Positions 45,343 to 55,600 of a stretch of 60,999 nt of DNA are shown piece by piece; position 1 is the first letter of the stretch, and the number at the start of each line of letters is the position of its first letter. Origin of the DNA: Poseidonia sp. Its GTDB lineage: Archaea > Thermoplasmatota > Poseidoniia > Poseidoniales > Poseidoniaceae. Under the pieces are notes generated by a model. That model was given only the letters and a program-made list of their open reading frames with translations. It was not told where the DNA came from and ran no database searches. The translations under genes and the position numbers were made by a program. The stretch covers positions 1 through 60,999 of the forward strand of contig JAYPCE010000004.1 of assembly GCA_038124565.1 (NCBI GenBank), in the 5' to 3' direction.

Positions 45343-46524
45343 ATGGAAATGGATAGCACCGTTCCGACGGATGTTGAGATTCATGTGCCGCCATGGACCA
45401 ACATTGAGTCCCAACACACGACGGAAAAAAGAGTTGAACCTGACGACATGCGAATCACGAAAATCATCGTCACCATGACACTCGGCATCACCCTCGTTTT
45501 AGCAGCGGGATACCTGGCTGCTGTTGTTTTGAGTGATGGAGCAATCCTTCTCAGGCCAAGTGAAGAGGCGCTGGAACGACATGCCATCTACAACAGCATG
45601 GTCAATCACCCTGGCGAGGATGCCACTGGTGCAGGTGTTACGGCCTGTATCGTAGATTCCGGCATTCAATTGGACCACAGTGATTTGGCTGATGTTGAGC
45701 TCAAGGGATGGAAGGATTTCATCAATCAGCGAACGGTGCCCTATGATGACCATGGCCACGGCACAGCCATGGCGGGATTACTGGTTGCCAATGGTTGGCT
45801 CAAAGGTGTCGCAAAGGATGTGAACCTCTTGGTCGCAAAGGCACTCTCAAGTGATGGAAGTGGCGATGATGCTCTGGTTGCTGAAGCCGTGGATTGGTGT
45901 GTATCCAATGGCGCACATGTCATCTCCTTGTCACTGGGGGGGGCTCCGGGTGTCCTTCCATTCTCAATCGGATCCGGGAGAAGTTCTGGTGATGCCGCGA
46001 ATGACGCCATCGATTCAGGGGTGTATGTGGTTGCTGCGGCTGGCAACGATGGCGGAGACGAAGACGATGGAGATGTCGCCCATCCATCAAGTGAAGCCGG
46101 TGTCATTTCAGTTGGGGGCGTGACCACGCAAGGGACGCATTGGTCTGGTTCGTCAAGAGGCGACAATAACGGTCGTGTGTTTCCGCTTCCTATTCTTCTT
46201 CCACGCGGTGACCCAGACAAGAAACCAGAATTGGTCGCGCCAGCACAAGGAGTTCCTGTTCTGCTGAAAGATGGAACATGGGGGCTTGCAGACGGTACAA
46301 GCGCAGCAACGGTCTATGTGACAGGAGCAATTTGTCTGCTGCTCGAGAGTAAACCCGAACTGAAAGCCGATGAATCGAATGGAGGGGCGGACAATGTGGA
46401 TGCTGTCAAACGCTGGTTGATGCAAAGCGTCGTTCCAGAGGAGGGACAAACTGGCCATGATGACCTCTATGGATACGGTTTATTGGATATCAAAGGCCTG
46501 CTTGATGCGCCTCAATCCTCGTGA
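45343..46524 (+). CDS. Subtilisin-like serine protease (S8), N-terminal membrane anchor
   Basis: The catalytic triad blocks are CIVDSGIQLDHSDL (D), HGHGTAMAGL (H) and GTSAATVYVTGA (S). The TM helix is IIVTMTLGITLVLAAGYLAAVVL. The ATG at 45343 lies 4 nt after the upstream stop. Confidence 0.85.
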   Translation: MEMDSTVPTDVEIHVPPWTNIESQHTTEKRVEPDDMRITKIIVTMTLGITLVLAAGYLAAVVLSDGAILLRPSEEALERHAIYNSMVNHPGEDATGAGVTACIVDSGIQLDHSDLADVELKGWKDFINQRTVPYDDHGHGTAMAGLLVANGWLKGVAKDVNLLVAKALSSDGSGDDALVAEAVDWCVSNGAHVISLSLGGAPGVLPFSIGSGRSSGDAANDAIDSGVYVVAAAGNDGGDEDDGDVAHPSSEAGVISVGGVTTQGTHWSGSSRGDNNGRVFPLPILLPRGDPDKKPELVAPAQGVPVLLKDGTWGLADGTSAATVYVTGAICLLLESKPELKADESNGGADNVDAVKRWLMQSVVPEEGQTGHDDLYGYGLLDIKGLLDAPQSS

Positions 46525-47252
46525 GGAAGCCAAGCAACCAATGTACCTCCGAACAATGGCATGAAGGCCACGTGATGGGAATGCTGTGTTTCACGAACCA
46601 ACTCAATCCATGCATTGAACCCGTCAACCAGCGCCAGCCCTTCAGCATCGTCTTCTGCAACCTCTCCAGTTGGCATATCAGGCTCTACCGTGTAGAGGAC
46701 GCCGTTTGACGAGAGAAATGGAAGGTAGGTTCGAACCAAGGCCGCCCGTTGACTTGATGGCCCATCGATAACGACTGCATCGTACATCTGTTCGAAAGGA
46801 GTTTGTGAGTGGTCTTGATTCGTTGTTGCCGTGAGTGACCATGCTTGGTGTTCAGCAGCCAACTGGAGGGGGTCACCGACCAACACCTTCGACCAAGAAA
46901 GCGCATTGTAACGGTTCAAGAGACGCTGCAAGATGACGCCAAATTTGCCTCCCTGTTCTACCAATGTGAATTGGCGATAGGGCCGATTCTGTCGCTCAGC
47001 GATGTCTAATATCCATGCTGAGCGATGGCCAATGCCAGCCCCAACCTCAAGTAATGACGATGGTTGTTGCCTTGCAATGGCATCTCGGAGTCTCCTCAGT
47101 ACAGAGAGTGACCATGTGGAAAGTCCCATGTGTTGCAATTGTTCGTGAATGTTGGCCGCAATCAGGGGTTCATCCCTTGGTTGCTCATGGTCTTTGGAGA
47201 GAAGAGTAGCCAGAACAGCACCCCGTTCTGCCGTTGCAGCCTCTTCCGTCAT
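46512..47252 (-). CDS. SAM-dependent methyltransferase (O-methyltransferase family 3-like)
   Basis: SAM motif I is LLEVGAGIGHRS, with an acidic post-I residue (LVEQ) and DAVVIDGP. The ATG at 47252 is preferred. The 3' end overlaps the convergent protease gene by 13 nt. Confidence 0.7.
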   Translation of the reverse strand: MTEEAATAERGAVLATLLSKDHEQPRDEPLIAANIHEQLQHMGLSTWSLSVLRRLRDAIARQQPSSLLEVGAGIGHRSAWILDIAERQNRPYRQFTLVEQGGKFGVILQRLLNRYNALSWSKVLVGDPLQLAAEHQAWSLTATTNQDHSQTPFEQMYDAVVIDGPSSQRAALVRTYLPFLSSNGVLYTVEPDMPTGEVAEDDAEGLALVDGFNAWIELVRETQHSHHVAFMPLFGGTLVAWLPHED

Positions 47253-47350
47253 GACCCTGCCTTCATCGCCCCAAACATGAAGCCTTGCACCAGGTCTTGC
47301 ATAGGAGGATTGAAACACAAGCGGTCCAGCGGTGGAGGTGAGGGTGTCCC

Positions 47351-48124
47351 ATGACTGACGACGATATGTGGGAAGAGGATGAAGAAATCCTCGACAATGC
47401 AACGCATTGTCCCTCATGCGACGACCTTACAGGCCACAGCATCCTCCGTGAGAAAAAAGTTGGAAGTGGAGCGGATTTCAAAGTCAAATGCGACGACTGC
47501 CAGCACATTCACACGGTGCAGTTTCGGCCACCACCCCCGGCCCAAATCCCCTTTATCTTGACCGATGGCCCTCATTCAGAGCGCGTCGTGTTGGTCGTTG
47601 ATGCTGACGAAGAGTTCGTGGTTGGCGATGTCTTTGAAGAAGACGATAAACTATGGAAGATTCATCAAATTGAAACTGAACAAGACCAACACCCGCAAGC
47701 AGCCTTCGCCACAGACATCAGCAGAATCACGGCGCTCAGGACAGATATGGTTCGGGTAAAATTGACACTCACCCGAGGCGAAGCATCATCCTCGGAAGTG
47801 TTGGTCGTTCCGCAAGAAACTACCTTTACCGCTTCTCATCTTATGGAATATGAAGGTGAAACCTGGCGAATTCGGGCCATACATACTGGGACGGGGCGAA
47901 CACTGCGAGGGACGGTCCGCGCACCAGATATCAAACGCATGTACCTCCACGAGCCACCTAAACCAGAACATTTTGCACCTCGTACACCGAGGGAACGTCG
48001 GCAAGCATGGAAAGAAGGGCGCTTGGGCTTCAATCCAAATCCTGAGCGCCCGAAGGAGCAGGTCAAAAAAGGCGTACATCCAAATGCCACAAAGAAACGG
48101 TCACAAAAGAAAAAGCGCAAGTGA
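47351..48124 (+). CDS. Archaeal zinc-finger protein (COG1326/HVO_0476-like) with basic C-terminal tail
   Basis: The N-terminal part is CPSCDD...KVKCDDCQH, a 4-Cys ribbon. Two beta-rich repeats follow (VVGDVFEEDDKLWKIHQIE, MEYEGETWRIRAIH), then a Lys/Arg-rich tail. Confidence 0.65.
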   Translation: MTDDDMWEEDEEILDNATHCPSCDDLTGHSILREKKVGSGADFKVKCDDCQHIHTVQFRPPPPAQIPFILTDGPHSERVVLVVDADEEFVVGDVFEEDDKLWKIHQIETEQDQHPQAAFATDISRITALRTDMVRVKLTLTRGEASSSEVLVVPQETTFTASHLMEYEGETWRIRAIHTGTGRTLRGTVRAPDIKRMYLHEPPKPEHFAPRTPRERRQAWKEGRLGFNPNPERPKEQVKKGVHPNATKKRSQKKKRK

Positions 48125-49108
48125 TTAGGGTCGGTTTGTCCAGGGCATCAAAAAAGCCTTGGCGACATGAGAGCCGATGGTTGGATTTTCTTTGAGCCTC
48201 CGAATGCTGTACTCGTACCACTTTTCTCCATAGGGGATGTATACCCTTGTTCTGTGACCTTGCTGCAACAGTTTCCGGCGCAATGGTCCTCGGACACCAA
48301 GCAGCATCTGAAACTCATAACCTGGACCTTTGTTACTTCGTTGGGGACCAGCATTTTTGCGAGGGTCTTCGCTATCTGGACCCATGCCATATGAGGCAAT
48401 GGCTGAGAGGGCGTGGTTAATGATAGGTTGGTCATGGCTGGCGACTCCGACATAGGCTCCTGCAGCGAGCATACGATCGATTGCTGCGTTGGTCGCATCC
48501 ACGATGTCTCGATAGGACTCGTGTGCAATGTTGCCCGGCTCGAGGTAGATGCCCTTGCAAATTCGGTAATCTGCATCTGGTCCAAGAGATGTTTCCAAAT
48601 CACCAATGTCCTGCAACGTGCGAAACAAACGCCCTTGAAGAACCGTCCCTACATTGGTCAAACCTTCCTTGTGAAGCGCCTTGACAACCTCTATTGTATC
48701 CGTGGTTACACGATGATCTTCCATGTCCAAACGAACAAACATGTCGTGCTGACCCGCAGATTGAACCAATTGTCGAATGTTTGCAAGGCCTTGGTCTGGG
48801 TCGATTAACAAGCCAAAAGCCGTTGGTTTAATGCTCAGATTGGCATCCAAACCGAGTTCCTGAATCCGATTCATGACACGAATGTATTCTTCAAGGAAAA
48901 AACTGGCCTCTTCAAGGGTTGAGATCTCTTCTCCCAACACATCGATGGTGAAACAAGCACCTTCTGAAGAAAGGCGTTGCATGATACGAACAGCATCGTC
49001 CAAGGTTGGACCAGCAACATACCGCCGACTGACCCACCTTACAAACCACTTCGGCATTCGCACTGTGGTGGCCACCACAAGTCGCGAAAACCAACCCACC
49101 ATGGACAT
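48125..49108 (-). CDS. Proline dehydrogenase
   Basis: PRODH TIM-barrel blocks: LSIKPTAFGL, VRLDMEDH, FQMLLGV, YIPYGEKWYEYSIRRLKENP. Confidence 0.8.
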   Translation of the reverse strand: MSMVGWFSRLVVATTVRMPKWFVRWVSRRYVAGPTLDDAVRIMQRLSSEGACFTIDVLGEEISTLEEASFFLEEYIRVMNRIQELGLDANLSIKPTAFGLLIDPDQGLANIRQLVQSAGQHDMFVRLDMEDHRVTTDTIEVVKALHKEGLTNVGTVLQGRLFRTLQDIGDLETSLGPDADYRICKGIYLEPGNIAHESYRDIVDATNAAIDRMLAAGAYVGVASHDQPIINHALSAIASYGMGPDSEDPRKNAGPQRSNKGPGYEFQMLLGVRGPLRRKLLQQGHRTRVYIPYGEKWYEYSIRRLKENPTIGSHVAKAFLMPWTNRP

Positions 49109-49152
49109 TCCACCGAAAAGACGCTCTTTGACCCTTGCGTTTCAAAACGTGC

Positions 49153-50100
49153 TCATGCGCCACGGAGCAAAATTTCCTTGCTCGTGAGCAACGGAATGCC
49201 TTCCTCCTCAAGGAAATCCCTGATGGCTTGTCTCTGCCACCCTTTGAAGGCCTTTTTGTCCATGGAACACACCAAAAAGCCCTCAGGGAAGGCCATTCGT
49301 GTTGTGGCGATGGCTGCTTGGATGGCTTGCTTCCAATGACCTGAGACTCCGTTTTCTTCTTTTTCAAAAGGCAAGGCATAGGTTGCCAACATATGACCTA
49401 ACCAAATGCCATCGTGTTCACCAAGGAGGTTTGCACGTGGAGCATAGTGACCGCCTCCTAGGGTGATCACAACTGTCTGACCGCGGTGTTTCAAAGCATT
49501 CCATACGGTTTCCTCAGGTTGCAAAAGAAGACCTTCACGCATGATGGTTGCAAGCACCTGTGCCGCACCTTCATGGCCCCATGTTGCTTCAGTTGACCCA
49601 ACTTCAATGAACAAACAGGGCGTTTCCAGAAACGGCCCATGATGAGTGACTTCCAACGAAAGGTCAAAATCCGCTACCTTTGGGTCAGTACGACCAAGTT
49701 TGAGCAGTAATTTCCACCATGGGGCAAGCCGTGTAGACGGAGGGGGGGCATGTCCACCCCATCCACCGTATGGTCCCACTTCACCCAATGGCAGATGTGG
49801 GACTCCAATCGGGTGCAAGGTCAACGAGGCTTGTCCACTGGCTGCTACATGGCGGGATGGGAAAATCACTTCTCGCACCGTCTCTCCAGCGTGCGCAAAC
49901 CAGCGTCGGTCCAGATGATCCTCAAAGAGTAAGCCATTTGGTAGAACCACCATTCGTACATCCCTCAACCCATAAGTTGGACATCCCTCGAAGGATTCCA
50001 ATTCGTCCCATGAATCCATGGTGAGCAAAGCGTCAGCCTGATTGGTGCTCGCTATGTCTTTGCTGTTGACCGCTATCAACACCACGGTCGGCTCGCCCAT
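49153..50100 (-). CDS. dtdA: D-aminoacyl-tRNA deacylase, archaeal type (DtdA)
   Basis: Motifs: FPSRHVAASGQASLTLHPIG, LEVTHHGP, FIEVGSTE, LGGGHYAP. The ATG at 50100 gives MGEPTVVLIAVNSKD. Confidence 0.8.
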   Translation of the reverse strand: MGEPTVVLIAVNSKDIASTNQADALLTMDSWDELESFEGCPTYGLRDVRMVVLPNGLLFEDHLDRRWFAHAGETVREVIFPSRHVAASGQASLTLHPIGVPHLPLGEVGPYGGWGGHAPPPSTRLAPWWKLLLKLGRTDPKVADFDLSLEVTHHGPFLETPCLFIEVGSTEATWGHEGAAQVLATIMREGLLLQPEETVWNALKHRGQTVVITLGGGHYAPRANLLGEHDGIWLGHMLATYALPFEKEENGVSGHWKQAIQAAIATTRMAFPEGFLVCSMDKKAFKGWQRQAIRDFLEEEGIPLLTSKEILLRGA

Positions 50101-50174
50101 GTACAGCGGATTGCATTGGTCTTTTTGACCTGACCCAGACGAGGCTTCACATACTTCCAATCCACCACACGCTC

Positions 50175-51128
50175 ATGGACGAAGGACTTCCACCACGGAT
50201 TCCTTTCCATCCTGACCTTGTCCTTCACCATGACGAAGGTTGTGTTGTTACGGGAATGGAAGGTGAAGTGTTGTGGCTTGACCAAGCCCTGCTTCCCAAA
50301 AGCGAAGTATCCATTCCCTACCCGATGCGAATACATCGGGCCGCCATTTCACAACAACACCTCCACGCCATGTGGCTTGATAGGGAATTGTTGTTGGCGC
50401 ACATGGGCTCGTTGCCAATCGGAAGTTGTGAAAACGGTGTAGGCAGAGATGTGCTTCGTACCTCACTCCATACCTCCACCACCTACCGCCCAGCTGGCCA
50501 TTCGTGGTCGCATGCCCTTGATGCCGAGCCGATGGCATTGGCCGCCCAAGGGGATGCTCTCGTCTTTGCCTTGTACAACCGAGGGCTCTATTGCACGAGT
50601 GCCGAGGCTTCAGAGAAATGGCGCAGACCTCCTCCAAGTTGGTCATACCCCAAGAAACGTCCTCGAAATGATGATATCGTGTCCATCCATCTCTCGCAGG
50701 AGCGTATATTCATCGCTTCTCGGGGTGGTCGAATTCAATGCAGGTACCTCAGTACTGGAAACATAACAGAAGAGTACCTCCTGCCGGGAGTTGAGGGGCC
50801 GATTGAACATTACTTCCGCCACGAAACCGACGAATTGATTTGCAATACCAACGGAGAAGTCCTTTGGTTTCGTGAACAACACCTGCTCCAAAAAGCCCTG
50901 CTGAGTGGTCCTGTGCAACATGCAACATGGGACAATCGTTTGCTTGGTTGGCGGATTGCAGGATGGCGAGAAGAGGCGGTGATGAGTGCCCTCCACACGG
51001 CGCGCCGACCGACAAACGAAATCCCTGTGCACATCCACCCCGTAGAATCGGGTGCGCTCATCCTGTTTAACGATGGTTCGTGGCAGAACAGTTCGTTTGA
51101 ATCATCCATTCCTCGAGAGGAAGAATGA
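50175..51128 (+). CDS. Hypothetical protein (beta-rich, possibly propeller-like)
   Basis: A 317-aa ORF, divergent from dtdA across a 74-bp spacer. No recognisable motif. Confidence 0.5.
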   Translation: MDEGLPPRIPFHPDLVLHHDEGCVVTGMEGEVLWLDQALLPKSEVSIPYPMRIHRAAISQQHLHAMWLDRELLLAHMGSLPIGSCENGVGRDVLRTSLHTSTTYRPAGHSWSHALDAEPMALAAQGDALVFALYNRGLYCTSAEASEKWRRPPPSWSYPKKRPRNDDIVSIHLSQERIFIASRGGRIQCRYLSTGNITEEYLLPGVEGPIEHYFRHETDELICNTNGEVLWFREQHLLQKALLSGPVQHATWDNRLLGWRIAGWREEAVMSALHTARRPTNEIPVHIHPVESGALILFNDGSWQNSSFESSIPREEE

Positions 51129-51296
51129 TCATTCGTTCATGCTGGTAAAGCCGCAACGACCGCACGATTTTCGGTTTGCATGATTGGCAAGGAACACGCC
51201 TGGTCCACAATTTGGACAGTTTTCAGCGCGAACGAGTTTACCGTCCTCTACCTTGTACTTTGACCACTTTGCTTTTGCATTTGGACCGTCACCCAT
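51129..51296 (-). CDS. rps27ae: 30S ribosomal protein S27ae (eS31)
   Basis: Not in the ORF track because it is 55 aa. Hand translation gives [55 protein letters not shown], with the characteristic CxxC...CxxC ribbon. Its start overlaps the S24e stop (ATGA). Confidence 0.85.
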   Translation of the reverse strand: MGDGPNAKAKWSKYKVEDGKLVRAENCPNCGPGVFLANHANRKSCGRCGFTSMNE

Positions 51297-51649
51297 CACT
51301 CATCCCCTCCTTCGGTTTCTTCAGCGGTTTCTTCTTCCACAGGTGCTGCTTGTTCAGGAGCGGCAGATGCACTTCGAAACGATTCATGACGCTTGTGAAT
51401 GTAGCCCGGTTCAACCGCCATGGCCTCTTCAGAGCCGTAGATGTAGGCCAATCCAGTGGTGAGGGGTTGGCCAAAGCGGGTCACACAATCTTTCACAACG
51501 ATCCAATCTGGATTGGAACCTGGCTCAAGCGTTCGAACCAAGTCCATGACTTGTTGGCGAGAAGGGGTTGCTTTTTTGTCGTGTCTCCAACTGAATGAAA
51601 TTTCTACCCTGTTCAAGACCTTATTTTCTTTACGTTCTTTGATTTCCAT
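51296..51649 (-). CDS. rps24e: 30S ribosomal protein S24e (eS24)
   Basis: The sequence [34 protein letters not shown]...[17 protein letters not shown] shows the typical S24e pattern. Confidence 0.9.
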   Translation of the reverse strand: MEIKERKENKVLNRVEISFSWRHDKKATPSRQQVMDLVRTLEPGSNPDWIVVKDCVTRFGQPLTTGLAYIYGSEEAMAVEPGYIHKRHESFRSASAAPEQAAPVEEETAEETEGGDE

Positions 51650-51658
51650 GACATCACC

Positions 51659-51853
51659 TCATCGAATATTGACTTTGAGAGCGTAGCGGCCTGGTTGTTC
51701 AACCTGAAGGCGCTTTGCAATTTCTGATCGCTCTGGCTGCATGATAATCACATAACCAGTCCAATCAGTAGAAACTTGTGCGGATGGGTGGCGAGGGCAT
51801 TGGTCAATACCATCGTTGAGCACAAGGTGACACTCCCCACATGCGAATGGCAT
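51659..51853 (-). CDS. spt4: Transcription elongation factor Spt4 / RNAP subunit E''
   Basis: MPFACGECHLVLNDGIDQCPRH is the Zn ribbon, followed by DWTGYVIIMQPERSEIAKRL. The ATG at 51853 lies 10 nt after the rpoE' stop. Confidence 0.85.
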   Translation of the reverse strand: MPFACGECHLVLNDGIDQCPRHPSAQVSTDWTGYVIIMQPERSEIAKRLQVEQPGRYALKVNIR

Positions 51854-51863
51854 CTTGACCACT

Positions 51864-52424
51864 TCACTCACCACCGTCTTGGTTCTTCTTTTCCCAGTTG
51901 GGCGAACCGAGTCCGTCTTGCTTACTTGTTAGACCAATCTTTGAACGTCGTGGGTCTGAGGTATCGGGGGAAAGGGAAACGATGCGAGCTCTCACAAAGG
52001 AACCGATGCCCAATTCTCGCCCAGACTGACGCCCAGTAATTTTGTTGGCACCGATATTGATGTCAACAGGTTCGTCCATGATTTGGGACTTGTGAAGCAG
52101 CGCTTCCATGGGCCCAATTCGGACGAATGCCCCGAATTCATTGACTTCGGAGACCGCACCCTCGACAACCTCTTGGTCGTCCATGCAAAATAATACGGCA
52201 TCAAATTGAACTTTCTGGTAAATGGCTCCATCTCCATGGATAATACGGCCACGGCCAATGGTTTTGTGGTTGTTTGTCACCAAAACAAAACGGTTTTCGG
52301 AGTCAAATTTCCCTTCAAAAGCATCCATGGAGAGACGGTCAATGTGCTGGTCTAGCGATTGCCCTTTCCGCATGTATTCCGCAGGAATGCGAATCGTGTC
52401 TTCCTTGGTTACGACCTTGTACAT
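51864..52424 (-). CDS. rpoE: DNA-directed RNA polymerase subunit E' (Rpo7)
   Basis: The N-terminal Rpb7-like fold begins MYKVVTKEDTIRIPAEYM, and the S1 domain is VVEGAVSEVNEFGAFVRIGPMEALLH. Length is 186 aa. Confidence 0.9.
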   Translation of the reverse strand: MYKVVTKEDTIRIPAEYMRKGQSLDQHIDRLSMDAFEGKFDSENRFVLVTNNHKTIGRGRIIHGDGAIYQKVQFDAVLFCMDDQEVVEGAVSEVNEFGAFVRIGPMEALLHKSQIMDEPVDINIGANKITGRQSGRELGIGSFVRARIVSLSPDTSDPRRSKIGLTSKQDGLGSPNWEKKNQDGGE

Positions 52425-52686
52425 TTTTTCACCTCTTTGCCTCTTCCAAAGGCAAGGTGAAACACGGATGCTGTGAAGCGGTTCCGTCCTTCACCGGGGT
52501 TACCTCAGGAGAGAATGCGACCGAAGTCGTTCCTTCCACCGACGACCCCTATTTAATTGAAACGGCGAAACGAGGCTCAACACTGGAGGCGTCTTCGTGT
52601 TTGGCGATGAGTGATGCACCGAGGAAAAGGGGTTTAATGGATTGGAATCGCCATAATCCATAACAACCCCCCGAAGGCGGTGCTCC

Positions 52687-55600
52687 ATGATGTCGGTGAA
52701 GCCGTGCTGTCCCCGAGGCAACAGCCTCCTTGCAGTTGGCCTTTCTCTGCTGATGGTGTTGGTGCTCTTCGTACCGCTTTCACACCCCTCACCCCTTACC
52801 AATGAACAGATGCCTCAGCCTACATCAGGCCAGGACACATGGAACGCCTATGAACAACCATGGGCGCAGTATGCACGCACACCTACCCATAACCAAAGCG
52901 TTCCAGACCATGGCCCCGACGGGGGACCCGGGAATGGCAATATCAGCGACGTCACGGAATTGGCCACACTTGAACACCCCACCATCAACTGGCAGGTCTT
53001 TGACACAGGCGACGGAAGTGATGCCTATGGTTCGGTCATCGGAGATTTCTCTCAAAGCATTTCAGCTACCGAGGCTGCTGTTGAGCGTTGCGGTGCAGGC
53101 ACACTCTTTCCGGTCATGATTTCAAGCAGTACAGCGGATGGGACGTGGGAAAGTTTCCTCAACATCGTGAGCGGAAACGATGCAAAGGTTGCCTGGCGTG
53201 TCTCGCTTGGCGTAACCGAGCCCATTCGATCAACGCCGATCATCCACGATATGGACGACGACGGGCATCAAGAGATCATCGTCGTGTACGACACACAAGG
53301 TGCGCTCAACATTGACGTCTGGTCGCCTCGCCTCACCTGTACGGAATCCAACTGGCAGACATCTGGGCACAGCAACGAACTCGTTTGGTCATACGCTGAT
53401 GCTGATGTGCGAATTGCGTCGCCTTCACCGCATTTCCAAACCGAGAATTCGGGACATAAAGCCGTCACTCAACCATTGCTTGCAGACCTTGAACTCGATG
53501 GGACTCCCGAACTTGTGCTCGCCGTGGTCGACGATCCAGAGAACAATCCGTCGGTGTACCTCAATGCCTACACCTTGACCAATGCACAACCATCAGCAGA
53601 AGATTGGAGCGTTAATTTGGACCGTGGCACCCACCCTTCTGACCCCGTCTGGGCACAACTTGACAGCAGCACCTCATCGGTGCTGCTGACCACCATCGAT
53701 TCCAATTCTGGGAACATGTGGATTTGGAAAATTGATGGTTCAACCGGCTCTCTGGATTGGGAACGGGTTGCTGTTCAAGGCACTGATTCTGATGCGGATG
53801 CACCACGGCTTCGCTTACCCGGCCCCGTCATCACACAACTGGATAATGATGCAGCACCGGAAATGATTCTCACCGTTCCCACCGATGCTAACGGACGAAC
53901 TTCCGGGTCAGGTGCTCGATTCATCGGCATGGAGATCACATCAACAACCGAGGTGTTTAACTTCCGTGCACAAAATGGCTACGCCGACGCTCAACCGCTG
54001 CCGTTGGATACCGATGATGATGGCATTTCAGACCGCCTTTGTTGGGTCACTTGGTACTCAGAGTCCACAGTGAGTTTCAATCGGAAGGGCATGCTCGGCT
54101 GCACTGATATCAGCGGGTCTTCCCCCGTCAATGAGTGGATACGAGATTTGCAACGTGGAAGCGGTAACGACAACGACGAAATCGCTGCATCACCACCGTT
54201 CTGGTTGGACATCGACGGTGAAGGTACCCCCGAGATTTTGGTTGGATTTGGCCGCCGGCTTTGGGCGTTTGACGGTGACACGGGAGCTTCTGCGGACATC
54301 AACAACGAGTGGTCCACGCCGCTAAGCATGCCCCATCGTGTTTGGACTGCTCCTGCGTTAGCTGATGTTGACGGTGACGGCCACATCGATGTGCTCTATG
54401 GTGACACCTTGGTCTCAACAAGAGGCGTTGACCTCGCACCGTCCTTCGATAACCGCGGTTTGTCTTTCAATCCTGCACAAGCAGATCCTGGCGATACGGT
54501 GACGGTGACAGCACAATTTTCCAATATCGGCACGAGCGAGGCTGATGACGATGTGGATGCTGCTATTCTGATGAACGGTGTTGAAATTGGCCGTGAACGC
54601 TTCACATCAAGCGAACCGGTCGCCCCCACGGCCGAAGGTGGGCCTCTGACCTTTACCGCAGAATTTACAGCACAACTCGGCGTCCATATGTTTGAACTCG
54701 TTCTCGATGTGAACAACAACATCACTGAGCAACGCGAAGATAACAATCGGGCGCAAGCATCCTTTTCCGTTGTAGAGCCCTATGTCGCTGAATTGGATGG
54801 TCCTCTTCAGACACCAAGAGTGCTTCCCGGTGGTTCTGAACAGGTTGACATCACCGTCACATCAACAGGCTCCCGTACAGCGGAGTGGTCGTTAAGTGTA
54901 GAAACAAATGACCTCCCGAATGATTGGACCTTTGCTCCATTGGTAGGTCAATCCATGTCGTTTGAATTGGTACCTCAAACACCACTCAATCTCGCGTTTG
55001 AAGCCTTTGTTCCATCCAGTGCCCTTGGAGACGAAGCGGGTGTTGTTTCATTCCTCTTGTACCTCACGAGCGACCCAACCATCAATACAACGCTTGAACT
55101 CCCCATTGAAGTCTTCCGCACTCGCGGATTGGACCTTTCTGGCCCCACAGGACTGAACGCTTCGAACGGACAGGGCCGGCCCGGAGAAGTTGCTGCTGCT
55201 TGGTTCATGGTTGAAAACCTCGGAAACGCTCAAGAAACCACGACATCCATCACATGGACTGCGCCATCTTGGGGCGGTTCGCCATCCATTCACGATGCTC
55301 AGGGGGCACAACTGTTCAGCATTACACTCAATCCTGGAGAAACCAAAGAACTGTTCGCACATCTGCCCACACCCGCCTCAGCAGCCTACGGAACTACGAC
55401 ACAATCGACGCTCACCTTGTGCATGGGCAGCGGTGAAGACCAACTCTGTGAATCAATGCCGTTCACATTCACTTCGCAGAAATTCGTGCTGGAACCGACC
55501 CATCACCGATCTCTGCCTGCTGCCAATCTTTCGTGGACGCTCACAGGCACACTGCCCACAAACGGCATGGTTCAGTGGAGTATGGTTGAGATGGGGATGA

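Noticed and set aside
52274-52663. 129-aa plus-strand ORF covering the rpoE' 5' end and the long spacer
   Set aside because: It overlaps the well-supported rpoE' gene antisense and has no motif. The part of its reading frame that lies in the spacer is short.
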